Below are positions 1 to 9,604 of a stretch of DNA of 64,000 nt, in pieces. Location of the stretch: positions 2,764-66,763 of IMG/VR virus record IMGVR_UViG_3300047539_000162; one strand, 5' to 3'. Within the stretch, counting starts at the first letter, position 1. Every line of letters starts with the position of its first letter. This DNA comes from a virus. Taxonomy: Duplodnaviria > Caudoviricetes. Below the pieces are notes generated by a model. It had not been told where the DNA came from. It did no database searches and worked only from the letters and a program-made list of their open reading frames with translations. The position numbers and the translations under genes are program-made.

Positions 1-166
1 GACCTCCAAGCAATGCCGCCGCGATGTGCCCTTCGGTCGGGATGAATTCCCGTTCCAATCCCTCACCGTCGAGTGCCCCTCTGTAGCGAACTCGCCATCC
101 GTCCATACTGGATAGCACAGGCCGTCAACGTAAGCACCTATCTTGGTGCAAACTTCATAACAGGCT

Positions 167-1240
167 CTAGTGGACTGTAACGGCTGAAGTGGGAGTAATG
201 CGGTTTGTGGGATCAAAGTAGCGCCATTTCACGGTCTTCGGCACATTGTTGTAGTGATGGATGTATTTCATGAGCTTTCTGCGCAGGTCGGCCAATGAGG
301 TGAACACGCCACGGGCGATGACATCGCGTTCGATCTTTGCGAACCAAAGCTCGACCTGGTTGAGCCACGAGGAGTACGTGGGAGTGAAGTGCAAGTGAAC
401 ATGCGGATGAGATTGCAGGAAATCATGAACCTGCAGGGTCTTGTGAGCCGAGAGGTTGTCGGCGATCACGTGGATCTCCTTGCCGCGCAACTGGTTCACG
501 ACGATGTCGGCGAGGAAGGCGACGAACTCCGCGGAGGTATGGCGGGCAGCGGTCTTGCCAAGCACTTCGCCGGTCTTGGTGTTAAACGCGGCGTACAGAG
601 ACAATGTGCCGTGTCGGAAGTACTCAAAGCCGTGGCGCTCCGCACGGCCCGGAGAGAGTGGCAACACCGGATCCTTGCGGTCGAGCGCCTGGATGGTTGT
701 CTTCTCATCAACGCAGAACACCGCAGCATGCGCCGGCGGATTCAGATAAAGTCCAATGATGTCTGCCGCCTTGGTCTCGAAGTCTGGGTCATTAGTTGCC
801 ATATAGCGATCAAGCCGCTGCGGCTTCAAACCGTGCTTGGCCCAAACCCGCGCCACCATCATATGGCTGACTTTCAGCTGACTGCCCAGTTTGCGCGTGC
901 TCCACTGGGTCGAGCCGTCCGGCGCCTTGCGTTTAACCGTCCACTCCAGGATGCGAGCCTCCAGCGCCGGCGTAAGCGTGCTGGCCTCCTGTCCGGCGTG
1001 CCGGCTGAACAGCCCGGCCAGCCGTTCCTCTCGGAAACGTTTCATCCAACGGTTAATGAAGGCGTCGTTGCAATCCAGCTTGTCACGTATCGCCTTCCAC
1101 GTGCAACCGGCCTCCAGCAGCAGAATCAGTCGTGCACGGCGCGCATCATCAGCACGCCCGCTGCGCCTCGCCGCTCGTTGATTCAGTTCCACACGTTCCG
1201 CTTCCGTAAGTAAGATTGGGGATTCCATACTTACGATCAT
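167..1240 (-). CDS. IS630-family transposase (HTH + DDE)
   Basis: 357 aa; motifs VFCVDEKT, IADNLSAHK, FTPTYSSWLNQVELWF. The stop TAG lies in the terminal CTAG. Confidence 0.95.
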   Translation of the reverse strand: MIVSMESPILLTEAERVELNQRAARRSGRADDARRARLILLLEAGCTWKAIRDKLDCNDAFINRWMKRFREERLAGLFSRHAGQEASTLTPALEARILEWTVKRKAPDGSTQWSTRKLGSQLKVSHMMVARVWAKHGLKPQRLDRYMATNDPDFETKAADIIGLYLNPPAHAAVFCVDEKTTIQALDRKDPVLPLSPGRAERHGFEYFRHGTLSLYAAFNTKTGEVLGKTAARHTSAEFVAFLADIVVNQLRGKEIHVIADNLSAHKTLQVHDFLQSHPHVHLHFTPTYSSWLNQVELWFAKIERDVIARGVFTSLADLRRKLMKYIHHYNNVPKTVKWRYFDPTNRITPTSAVTVH

Positions 1241-1270
1241 ACTATCTTTTCAATTGTTACAGTCCACTAG
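167..1270 (-). mobile_element. IS630-family insertion sequence (complete)
   Basis: Perfect 15-bp inverted ends including CTAG: ctagtggactgtaac (167-181) and gttacagtccactag (1256-1270), enclosing one transposase ORF. Confidence 0.95.
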
Positions 1271-1569
1271 TAATCGTTTCTGCGTCTTCGCCGCGAGTAG
1301 TACCCGCCCGATCCGCCCCACGCGACCAGTGCCGCAACCAGATGAATGATGAACCAGAGGCTGATGCCTTGGTCTAAATAGATCAGGTACAACACCAAGA
1401 TGCGTGGCAACAACACCGCGACCACCAGCGGCAGGAGCCCGTGCATGTGGAACGGCACCAGCGACCCGCCCAGCCACAGCAGAAACAGCGCAATCCGCGG
1501 GAGAAACAACGCAAACACCAGAAACCACAGCGGCAGCGTATGGATCACGACCAACACATGCAAGCTCAT
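1267..1569 (-). CDS. Small integral membrane protein with poly-Arg tail
   Basis: 100 aa, about three hydrophobic segments, ends RRRRRNDY; its stop codon is the CTAG at the IS630 end. Confidence 0.7.
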   Translation of the reverse strand: MSLHVLVVIHTLPLWFLVFALFLPRIALFLLWLGGSLVPFHMHGLLPLVVAVLLPRILVLYLIYLDQGISLWFIIHLVAALVAWGGSGGYYSRRRRRNDY

Positions 1570-1750
1570 CTCACCTCACTATCCTCGTCCGATGCTGTCA
1601 AAACAATCTCTCTCGCTCCGCTCGTGCCGCCGACATCTTTGGTCAGAACCTTGCCACCGGCGTACACCTTCTCCAGCGCCTTCTATCCGTTCGGCGGTCT
1701 CTTTCTTTTGGATATGATGCAGCATCAGCACCGCGCTTTGCAGCATCGCC

Positions 1751-1982
1751 GTGGGATTCGCCAAATCTTTGCCCGCAATGTCCGCGCCGACCCCGTCGAT
1801 GCGACTTTACGATTCGCTGCAAAGGATGCGGGGAGAACTTCCCGGCTCCGGTAGAGACGGTGCCGGACACGTGGATAGTGGCTGAATGTCTGCTATGTGG
1901 TCAGAGACGGCGCTACCTGCCGTCAGAGGTTTTCCGAGGGGCGCTGTCGCACAAGCTGAGGTTTCAGCATGTTCGACCCTGA
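1751..1982 (+). CDS. Small Zn-ribbon protein (CxxC...CxxC), probably frameshifted near its 5' end
   Basis: The C-terminal frame reads CDFTIRCKGCGENFPAPVETVPDTWIVAECLLCGQRRRYLP. The GTG-started frame (MGFAKSLPAMSAPTPSM) is out of register with it near 1800. Confidence 0.5.
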
Positions 1983-2196
1983 CGCGGCAATGCCACGGCT
2001 GAATCGTTCCTTGGTCTACCTCGGCGCGTGCCTGATTGCCGGTATCCGGCTGGCACGGGAGCGGCAGGTCAATGTCCGCGTGGTACCCACCGGCAAGGCC
2101 ATTGAGGAATCGGTTGACCTTGCCTACGAGATTTACAATCGGGTGTTCCGCAAGATACCGGAAATACTGAGACAGAATGAGGGAGTAAACAGATGA
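1969..2196 (+). CDS. Small conserved hypothetical protein
   Basis: 75 aa, overlaps both neighbours operon-style; resembles recalled Acidobacteria small proteins (IAGIRLARE). Confidence 0.6.
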   Translation: MFDPDAAMPRLNRSLVYLGACLIAGIRLARERQVNVRVVPTGKAIEESVDLAYEIYNRVFRKIPEILRQNEGVNR

Positions 2197-2489
2197 ACCC
2201 GAAGGAAGACCTGATTGTGAGCCGCATGTACCAAAAAGGAGAACAGTTCCTGTCGCTTTTTGTCCGAGAGGTTTCCGGAGGAGACATCGACGGTTCTGTG
2301 TTCCAGTTCGAAACGTGGAGGAACAACGTCGAGGTTGCGAACTCGCGTGTCACTTCTGGTGACATCTACTACGTCCGAAACAGGTATTTCGCAAAGCTCC
2401 TGAAGCTACTGGAGGAGGGCTGGAAGAAGACAAATGTTGGCGTCTTTGCCAATCCGCACTGTGACTTATTCAACCCTGAGGTTCTTTAA
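2193..2489 (+). CDS. Hypothetical 98-aa protein, paralog of 10204-10500
   Basis: Colinear shared residues with 10204-10500 (R.Y.KG, VR.VSG.D..G, W.NNVE, SGD..Y, AKL..L..EGWK). Confidence 0.8.
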   Translation: MNPKEDLIVSRMYQKGEQFLSLFVREVSGGDIDGSVFQFETWRNNVEVANSRVTSGDIYYVRNRYFAKLLKLLEEGWKKTNVGVFANPHCDLFNPEVL

Positions 2490-2505
2490 CATTGGTTTGT
2501 GAAGA

Positions 2506-2907
2506 ATGAAGCCAGACCCGGCCTATACAAAGAAACTGCTGGAAGCGTTTGAGGATTCGCCACAGCCTACGACCGATATTCAGGAGCTTCAAAAGCTCGG
2601 ACTCGACTACGAGACGCCAGAATTCTACTTTCACTTGCGGCTTCTTAACGATGGCGGGTTTGTCAAGCGCGATGAGGAGCCCGGACTTGGTGTTGAACGG
2701 TCGGCAGATGGTGGACTCCACTGGTCTGTAGTACCGCTGCGCCTGACTGCTGAAGGACATACGTTTGCTGAAGCCTTGCGAAGCCAATCCGGATTTCAGG
2801 CGGTTAAGAAGTCTCTCGTCCGGTCGAGTCTCAATATAATGCGAGACATCGCCGTTGCAGCGTTTAAGGCGGAGCTTGCAAAACACGGCGTTTCCTTTGG
2901 AATGTAA
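2506..2907 (+). CDS. DUF2513-like winged-helix protein
   Basis: 133 aa; MK.D....KKLLE.., FHLRLL.DGGFV, LRLTAEGHTF pattern recalled for DUF2513. Confidence 0.7.
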   Translation: MKPDPAYTKKLLEAFEDSPQPTTDIQELQKLGLDYETPEFYFHLRLLNDGGFVKRDEEPGLGVERSADGGLHWSVVPLRLTAEGHTFAEALRSQSGFQAVKKSLVRSSLNIMRDIAVAAFKAELAKHGVSFGM

Positions 2908-2937
2908 CTCGGATAGGACGGAAGAGAGGGAACCTGC

Positions 2938-3060
2938 GTGCCCCACTTCTCCCGCTACATCGGCATCGACTACTCTGGCGCGGAGACCGCCGACTCCAGT
3001 TGCAAGGGGCTCAGGGTTTACGTTGCCGAGGGCGCTGGCACGCCGAAACAGATTCTACTT
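2938..3060 (+). pseudogene. 5' fragment of an RNase H-like (GIDYSG) conserved protein
   Basis: MPHFSRYIGIDYSGAET..S.KGLRVY is recognisable for about 40 aa, then the similarity is lost. Confidence 0.5.
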
Positions 3061-3072
3061 CCCAAGACGCGC

Positions 3073-3270
3073 TTACGCAGCGAGGACTGGCATCCGCTCA
3101 TAGCTTATCGGCGGGGCCTTTTCGGGCACGCGATCCAGCACGTTGGCTAGGCTAAGCAGGAACGGCGAAGCGCACGCCGGGCACTGCTTGGCGTTGTTGC
3201 CAATGGAACTGCAATTCGGACACAGGTAGGCTGACGCCAAGGGGATGTGCTGCAATTTGCTGAACTTCAC
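3073..3270 (-). CDS. Small double-CxxC protein
   Basis: 65 aa, LCPNC...QCPAC; GTG start. Confidence 0.6.
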   Translation of the reverse strand: MKFSKLQHIPLASAYLCPNCSSIGNNAKQCPACASPFLLSLANVLDRVPEKAPPISYERMPVLAA

Positions 3271-4008
3271 TTGTCACCCCTATTGAGACGAGGCACCTAG
3301 TACAGATGGAATCCATTGTTCCGTCTGGATTGGGTCGGCGCACAGGTTGGGAAGCGGCCATGCTGAACCTCCGGGGAGGGAATGCGGCACGATCGGTTCC
3401 GTACGGCAAGAGAGCAGAGAAATTATGTCACGGAAGAGCATCAAGAGGACATAAAGATTCATTGACTGGTAGTGGGTTTCCTGTGGATTTCTCGCGAATA
3501 TTCCTCATCACCACCCATGACAAGTGTGTTTGCAGACAGCGTGCAATTGGCGAGGTCGATACTCGACAAAGTTGTTCGCTAGTCTCTCTTCGATCTCCGG
3601 TCGCTTGTGGTGACCGGCGTCACGGTGAGCCCTTCCGCCATAGGGTATCGTCACTACACTTTTAGTTATTCCTTTCCTCTGATCTGGCACAGAGCCTCTC
3701 GGAAACGAGAGGCTTCTGCGTTGGGAGGAATTCTTAAGACTCCAGCGCACCCTCTTAGCAAGCGGCACGACTGGTGAGAGTGACAATGAATTTCGTTGAC
3801 AGACAATTGACGTGCATCGACTGCGGAGCCGAGTTTGTGTTTACAGCGGGTGAGCAACTTTTCTTCCACGAGAAGCAGTTTACGAACGACCCGAAACACT
3901 GCAAACAGTGCAAGGCGAAACGCAATCCCGGTTTCCGTAAGCCAGTTCGCACAGAGACTAAGGCAATCTGTGCGGAATGCGGAGCGGAGACTACGGTCCC
4001 CTTCACGC

Positions 4009-5448
4009 CTAACAGCCCGTGGTGCAAGGAGCTGAATTCCAGGTGGTCCGGCATCGGGTCATGGCATCACGATAGGTTCCGGGTGAAGTGAAGCCCGGTT
4101 CCGTTTGGGGTTCTGCTGTGCTCTCGGGCCGATTCTGGCCGGTGAGCAATCGGAGAATCTGTAAAATCACCCGTGCTGCCCTGTTCTTCAACTCCCGTGG
4201 TGTGCCCGCTCCCAGCAGTTGGCGCATGACCAGGCTCAGGTTGAAGGCGCTCACATGAGCCAACTGACGCTTGAGAATATTCTCGCGTCCACGCAGGTGG
4301 CAGCGCCGCATCCCGCCAGTTTCGTAGCAATGTGCGAAGCTGCGTTCCACCAGTTCACCGCGTCGTTTCAGCAGGCTTTTGCCGTAGTCGCCTTGCACTC
4401 GCCGCCGGTTGTCGTAGACCGCTTGCCGCTCCTCGGCCTTGCCCTGCCAGCGGCGCTTGCCCTTCTGCCGCTTCTCGGGGATGTAACTGCGCAGCCCATA
4501 ACTCTTGACCCGCTTGAGAACCGCGCCGCTCAGATAGCCCTTGTCCGCAACCAACTCCTCGATGCCGTCGATGTTGACCTTCGCGTGGCTTGAGTGTAGT
4601 TCGGCCTGCTGAACAGCCAACTCCGCTACTGCCATCCCGGCCTCGATCAACGTCTCATCCAGCGACGCCGTATCGCCCTGGTCGGCCGCTTGCAACGTCA
4701 CGGCCACCACCGCGCCCGAGTCCAGATCGACGGCGTGCTCGGCCTTGTGGGCCAGGTGCGTACGGCCATCCTTCATCTGCGCAACTCGCGCATCCTCATC
4801 GACAGGACTCTTCCACTCCTTGTTCGACGTGCGCTTCTTGCGCTTGCGGTCCAGCCGCGCCAGATCCTCGCGCGTAGGTGTGTCGATGCCCGAGGCCTTG
4901 GCCAGACCGGTCAGAAACTCGTCGTAGCTGGCGCCTGTATCGCGCCGCACGATGGAGCGCATCGCGGCGTTGGCTTCCAGCGTCGTTGCGTCAATAGCCA
5001 CCCGCTTGCCCACGACGAGTCCGCGCCGGGCCAGAACTTCCAACACCCACGCGAACACAGCTCTGTGCGTATCCAGATCGATCAAACGCCGGGTGCGGGA
5101 AATCGTCGAGTGGTCAGGCGTGCCCTCGTCCAGCGCAATGCCCACAAAGCGCCGCAGCGCCAGCGAATCCGCCATCCGCCAGGCGATGCCGCGCTCGGCC
5201 CCGATGCCTTCAAAATACCCGATCAACAGTGAACGGAAGTAGATGCCCGGCGTCAGCGACGGACGCCCGAACTGGGGTGCATAGAACTTCGCGCAGAGAT
5301 CCTCGACAAATCTGTCGAACCCTTCTGCATCCAGCACCGCGTTCAGACGCTCATAAAACGGATGTCCCGGAGCGGTGGCCAATTCTGTATGCGCCACCCA
5401 CAAACCCTCTTGCCGTTCTCGTTGCTGCCGCCTGCCCATCGCCATCAA
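4009..5448 (-). CDS. IS1182-family transposase
   Basis: 479 aa; GRPS..P, PDHSTISRTR, IDATTLEANA, ADKGY, RR..VE..FAH motifs. The stop codon lies in the target duplication. Confidence 0.92.
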   Translation of the reverse strand: MMAMGRRQQRERQEGLWVAHTELATAPGHPFYERLNAVLDAEGFDRFVEDLCAKFYAPQFGRPSLTPGIYFRSLLIGYFEGIGAERGIAWRMADSLALRRFVGIALDEGTPDHSTISRTRRLIDLDTHRAVFAWVLEVLARRGLVVGKRVAIDATTLEANAAMRSIVRRDTGASYDEFLTGLAKASGIDTPTREDLARLDRKRKKRTSNKEWKSPVDEDARVAQMKDGRTHLAHKAEHAVDLDSGAVVAVTLQAADQGDTASLDETLIEAGMAVAELAVQQAELHSSHAKVNIDGIEELVADKGYLSGAVLKRVKSYGLRSYIPEKRQKGKRRWQGKAEERQAVYDNRRRVQGDYGKSLLKRRGELVERSFAHCYETGGMRRCHLRGRENILKRQLAHVSAFNLSLVMRQLLGAGTPRELKNRAARVILQILRLLTGQNRPESTAEPQTEPGFTSPGTYRDAMTRCRTTWNSAPCTTGC

Positions 5449-5522
5449 TAAAGCTTACAAACAGATCCTGTGGATAGTACAAAAGCATCAGCAGCACGAC
5501 TCAGAACTTGCACCACGGGCTG
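4013..5522 (-). mobile_element. IS1182/IS5-like insertion sequence (complete)
   Basis: Perfect 16-bp TIRs cagcccgtggtgcaag (4013-4028) and cttgcaccacgggctg (5507-5522); CTAA target duplication at 4009-4012 and 5523-5526. Confidence 0.95.
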
Positions 5523-5633
5523 CTAAGCAAGGTCGACCTGTTCTTTGCCGATCATGTTTTCAGAAGAAGATAGCAGCAAGCTGACCCGCAGCGACGAAGT
5601 CTTCACACAGTTCAGTTACGTCGGGTCGCGCTG

Positions 5634-5864
5634 TCAGGCTGTGCCCCGGGCTGTGCCCCTGACGAGAATCACTGCATCTGCCTGCGGGCCTTTCGAGCCT
5701 TGGACGATATCGAACTCGACCTCATCGCCCTCTTTAAGAGTTTTGTACCTATCCGATTGAAACGCCGAGTAGTGGACGAATACATCCGGCGCATCATCTC
5801 GTCCAATGAATCCGTAGCCCTTGGAGTTGTTAAACCACTTGACTATTCCTTTGAACCGAGCCAC
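5634..5864 (-). CDS. csp: Cold-shock domain protein
   Basis: [16 protein letters not shown]...[11 protein letters not shown]1/RNP2 motifs; probable GTG start at 5864. Confidence 0.9.
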   Translation of the reverse strand: MARFKGIVKWFNNSKGYGFIGRDDAPDVFVHYSAFQSDRYKTLKEGDEVEFDIVQGSKGPQADAVILVRGTARGTA

Positions 5865-6015
5865 AGCTTTCTGCCCTTCTTGCATCTTCTTCAGGTGTTG
5901 GCGAACCGGTTGAATGGGTAGCACGCGCCCATATAAATTGTGACGCGATTAATCGACCAAACGATGGCCGAGACCAAAGGGATAGACGGGACAGCGTCTT
6001 CACGCTCGACGCTTC

Positions 6016-6237
6016 TCAGAGATAGAGGGGGAGGGACGAATGCTCACGATGCTTTGGGTGGGGATATTTTGCACAGACGTGTGCATCAAAGGCTTCCCCA
6101 ACGTCCCTAGAGGGAATCTCGGTATTACCGATCAAGCGCGGATGTGGACGCACCCAACTGCAAACCGTACACACCCAACCCTCGAAACACCCTTCTTTAC
6201 GCCACACCAATTCTCTGCCTGAACGATTCATAGACAC
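6016..6237 (-). CDS. Small Cys/His protein
   Basis: 73 aa, W.CTVC.W ... FDAHVCAKYP; recalled Acidobacteria small-protein pattern. Confidence 0.6.
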   Translation of the reverse strand: MSMNRSGRELVWRKEGCFEGWVCTVCSWVRPHPRLIGNTEIPSRDVGEAFDAHVCAKYPHPKHREHSSLPLYL

Positions 6238-6568
6238 AGTTTACGCCGATCCGTCCAGCGCCGAGCGTCCGTGGCAATTCAAACTGCACCACTACCGGGG
6301 ACGGAGGCAAGGCCGTCTCGTCCACGGCGAACTCACGAATTACGCGCCCATCGACACGCCGCTCCCATCCATCAAGATGCTGGTTCCTTCCAAAACTTGC
6401 CGCTCTTCTTCAACAGGATTGAGCAGGGGACGGGGTACAATCTCCCCATGAGCGGGAAGCAGAATTTAGACAACCCGATGCGGAGAGTTATCACGGTCTC
6501 GCCGGAGGAATTGACGGCTGAGAAACAAGCCAAACGCCCCGCTGAGGCGCAGGACAAAGGGGCGCGGA

Positions 6569-6823
6569 ATGTTTGAGCAAGAGAAGGTCACCAACCAAAA
6601 CGTCTACATCCAGATCGCCGGGACAAAGCGTCCAGTATCCCTCTTCGTCAAAGAATGGACCGCCGCAGGAATATGGGTACAGAGCGAGGACTTGCACCTC
6701 GAACTGGCGCAACTAGCCGACGAACAGGGGATGCCGGGGTTCCTTGAGAAAAACCCTGTCATCTTCCTGCCCCATCATCGCATCGAGTGGGTGATGGTGA
6801 CGGCGAAGGCGATTCTCCGATAA
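6569..6823 (+). CDS. Hypothetical protein
   Basis: 84 aa ORF with a purine-rich RBS and protein-like composition. Confidence 0.55.
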   Translation: MFEQEKVTNQNVYIQIAGTKRPVSLFVKEWTAAGIWVQSEDLHLELAQLADEQGMPGFLEKNPVIFLPHHRIEWVMVTAKAILR

Positions 6824-6867
6824 GCAGGTGGATTAGCCCGGTAGACAGAGGCGACGAGGCAGTAGTC

Positions 6868-6954
6868 ATGTGCGGACGATACGGTAGACGAGCAGACAAG
6901 CAGCGCATTGCTGAGTGGTTTCACCACGGCATAGAGGGTGAGGATAGCTCCTGA
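6868..6954 (+). pseudogene. 5' fragment of an SOS response-associated peptidase (SRAP/HMCES)
   Basis: Starts MCGRY (the SRAP catalytic N-terminus) and stops after 28 codons. Confidence 0.75.
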
Positions 6955-7052
6955 TTTAAGTCAGGGCTGTGAGCCAGCACAAATTGATACTCCGAGATAG
7001 TTATTCCGAAACAGTAGTAACATCGGCGGCATAGAACGATTCGGCTGAGGTT

Positions 7053-7571
7053 TTGCACATGGAGAAGCTAAGAACCCTTGGCGGATACTTGCTGGGTATT
7101 GCCGTATTCGTAGCAATTCTGTTTCTGATTGGCGCATTCTTCGCCGGTGCCGCATGGATCAGTGATCACCTGCTTCCATGGTTTGCAAAAGCGAGTCTTG
7201 CGGCGGGCACGATTCTCTTCTTAATTCTGTTGCCTCTTTCCGCGTGGAGGAAAGCGCGTCCACTGACCGGGATAACAATTTTCCTCGCTTCGTTTGTTTT
7301 CGGAATCACTTTGTGGATGGAGGGGTTCCTCATAACGCTTTCCACTTGGGGTACGTTCGCGGTCGTCTTGGGGCTGCTCATTGCGGGAATTGGTGTAGTG
7401 CCAATTGCAATGCTTGCCGCCTTAACCCATGGGGAATGGATGATTTTATTGGAACTAGTGATTCTTACCGTTCTCACATTCGGCTGTCGTGTCTTTTCTC
7501 AGTGGATTATGAGTACACTCGAAACAAGGCACGCCCTTGATGATCCCATTTCCGAGGCGGATCAATTCTGA
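7053..7571 (+). CDS. Multi-pass membrane protein
   Basis: 172 aa, about five hydrophobic helices. Confidence 0.7.
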   Translation: MHMEKLRTLGGYLLGIAVFVAILFLIGAFFAGAAWISDHLLPWFAKASLAAGTILFLILLPLSAWRKARPLTGITIFLASFVFGITLWMEGFLITLSTWGTFAVVLGLLIAGIGVVPIAMLAALTHGEWMILLELVILTVLTFGCRVFSQWIMSTLETRHALDDPISEADQF

Positions 7572-8101
7572 GGAACAAGGTCATAGCAGGTAACCATCCC
7601 GAATAATCCGCATTTATGTTGACTTCCCGGTACCACTTCGCCGGGGGCACCACTCAGGGCTCTACTGCAAACAGCCTCCGCATCTTCGGTCAGCCGAACC
7701 CTCTTATCGCTGCATGATTCGTATCGCCCACGCGGAGTCATGTGCGCCAAAACATAAGAATTCGCCCAACCGTCCCTGATGACTGCCAATCGCGAAGTAT
7801 CGAATCCCGAATTGAATCCATTCCACATGCCCAGAACAATCGCAGCATAGAGGAAGATTGGGACAATCACCCACAACAATGGTTTAGCTACCCACTTCAC
7901 GAACAAGATTGCCCCGTAGCAAATTCCGAAAGCCACGAGGAACATAAGACTCTCCAAAAAGTCACCTATGAGTCCCGTCTCCTTGAAGTTAAGCGCCACG
8001 TCGGCTCCATTCCAGCCAGCTTGATTAGCGCACATTAGGCCGAGCAGGGCAGCAATGATGACAGTAGGAATCTTCCACAATAACCCGGTTATGGGCGACA
8101 T
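7562..8101 (-). CDS. Membrane protein with a Cys-containing C-terminal domain
   Basis: Three hydrophobic segments then a soluble tail with four Cys; start uncertain (the open frame extends to 8302). Confidence 0.6.
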   Translation of the reverse strand: MSPITGLLWKIPTVIIAALLGLMCANQAGWNGADVALNFKETGLIGDFLESLMFLVAFGICYGAILFVKWVAKPLLWVIVPIFLYAAIVLGMWNGFNSGFDTSRLAVIRDGWANSYVLAHMTPRGRYESCSDKRVRLTEDAEAVCSRALSGAPGEVVPGSQHKCGLFGMVTCYDLVPQN

Positions 8102-8210
8102 CTTGTTCGCTTCCCGCTGGGAACGCACGTTCCAGCCTAGAACCTGCGTCTCCAACTCTCCTTTTTTGGATGGCCGAATTGTACACCCAAGATTCCTGTG
8201 CAGTGCTTCC

Positions 8211-8630
8211 TCATCGACTATGGAACGATGTGCGAGTCCGGTCTCTACGGATAAGCCAATAGCCGCACCATCCGAACAGAAGAATGCCAAGCCAGAAATC
8301 AATGGGTTGCCACTCCGTCCGATGCATCCGAACTGGTAAGAAGGGATTCAACAGCAAAGCCACGGCTGCGAATGCCCACGACCACGCCCGTAGCCCTACT
8401 TGATAGACCCTCCACACCCAATAGACGGCTCCCACTGTGATGAGAAGCCTCAGCACAATGTAGAAGCCATAGGGATGTCTGCCGAAGGCTGCGCTGAGCA
8501 ACAGAATAGCCCCGAACGCAGTGAGAGCTACTTCCCATAGTCGCTTCCGATTCATAATTGCAAGCATTCTTCCTCCAGTGTTATGGGCAGCATACGATTT
8601 CTGTAGAAACTCTGTGTCTCGTTGGCTCAT
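8211..8630 (-). CDS. DUF6804-like membrane protein
   Basis: PYGFYIVLRL...LLNPFLPVRM.R..WQPID pattern. Confidence 0.7.
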   Translation of the reverse strand: MSQRDTEFLQKSYAAHNTGGRMLAIMNRKRLWEVALTAFGAILLLSAAFGRHPYGFYIVLRLLITVGAVYWVWRVYQVGLRAWSWAFAAVALLLNPFLPVRMHRTEWQPIDFWLGILLFGWCGYWLIRRDRTRTSFHSR

Positions 8631-8656
8631 GATGTCAATATGGAGGAGAAACTCTT

Positions 8657-9022
8657 ATGGTCAACAGAGTGATTGATGAATACAGATTCACGGCGGAGAT
8701 TCAGTATGAGAACGCTCCTCTGCCGATACATCTCATTGCAACTAACACCGATGACGATTCCACAACCGAGACATGGATGACCTTTGAAAGCCTCAGAGCC
8801 CAATTAAGCCAAATCTGCCCCGGTTGCGATGGCGATGCCACCGTTGATGGGTGGATGAAGGAGCTAGAGAATCACAACTACACAAAGTTCGGTGCGCCGC
8901 AACCTGAGCCTGTGAAGGGAGCCGCAACAAACCGCGCCATATTCAAAGCTGAGCAACTAATTCCGTTTGGCTTCTCAGTTTCGGAACTGCGTCCGTGGCG
9001 GCTGGAAAAGGTCGCATCCTAA
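8657..9022 (+). CDS. Hypothetical protein
   Basis: 121 aa, GGAGG RBS upstream. Confidence 0.65.
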   Translation: MVNRVIDEYRFTAEIQYENAPLPIHLIATNTDDDSTTETWMTFESLRAQLSQICPGCDGDATVDGWMKELENHNYTKFGAPQPEPVKGAATNRAIFKAEQLIPFGFSVSELRPWRLEKVAS

Positions 9023-9028
9023 ACTGGA

Positions 9029-9448
9029 CTAAAGGCTGACCGCCTCTTCATAACCGTCGTAGAACCCCGCGAGTCTGACCGCTATCGCTTCGGCGAGTTG
9101 TTCTGGCGTCTGCCGTTTGGTGCCCAACATCCAAACGAAGATTCCTTCGTAAGCATCCGGCGTCACCAACCACGTCTCAGGCTCCACTTGCTCGGCTGCT
9201 GCCGCAAACGTCGCCAATCCACCAAACCGTATGTAGTACGTGCTGTCGTCTTTCTTGATAAACTGCGCTTCGACCGTTCCGATTGTCAGTTTGGCCTCGC
9301 CGCCCTTCGGGTCTGTCCAGTTGAAGAACTGACCCTTGTGCTTTTTGCCCTCTATCTGCGACATCAACTGCTTGAGCCGCTCGAACTCAGCGCCAGCGGT
9401 TTTCTTGATTACTTCGTTCTTCTCGTTCTCGTCGAACTGTTCAAACAT
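9029..9448 (-). CDS. Hypothetical protein
   Basis: 139 aa from MFEQFD, G-rich RBS upstream. Confidence 0.6.
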   Translation of the reverse strand: MFEQFDENEKNEVIKKTAGAEFERLKQLMSQIEGKKHKGQFFNWTDPKGGEAKLTIGTVEAQFIKKDDSTYYIRFGGLATFAAAAEQVEPETWLVTPDAYEGIFVWMLGTKRQTPEQLAEAIAVRLAGFYDGYEEAVSL

Positions 9449-9604
9449 TCCGCCCCCCTTTCCATGATGATGGGACGCGCCCACCGCGATGTCAAACCTG
9501 CGCCTTAAACTGCGCCTGTGACCAAATCCACAGCGCGGATTCTCCGTCATCGCTATACTCTGCTCCATGCCCCGTGAGTCCTAACAGGGCGGAGAATTCC
9601 AACC

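Larger units (their letters stand above)
3786..5584 (+). pseudogene. CxxC-x17-CxxC zinc-ribbon protein split by an IS1182-like element
   Basis: Removing 4013-5526 gives a 285-nt ORF (94 aa): MNFVDRQLTCIDC...CAECG.ETTVPFTP|KQGRPVLCRSCF. Confidence 0.9.

Noticed and set aside
1-170. Possible end of another IS (rc ctagagcctgttatgaa, similar to the IS5 end at 28003)
   Set aside because: No recognisable transposase in the 170 bp available and no partner end, so it cannot be supported from this window.
389-1213. Long antisense ORFs over transposases, integrases and structural genes (e.g. 389-1213, 4690-5232, 28830-29552, 38545-39261, 40399-41010)
   Set aside because: These are shadows of well-supported genes on the other strand in GC-rich DNA, with no motifs or RBS.
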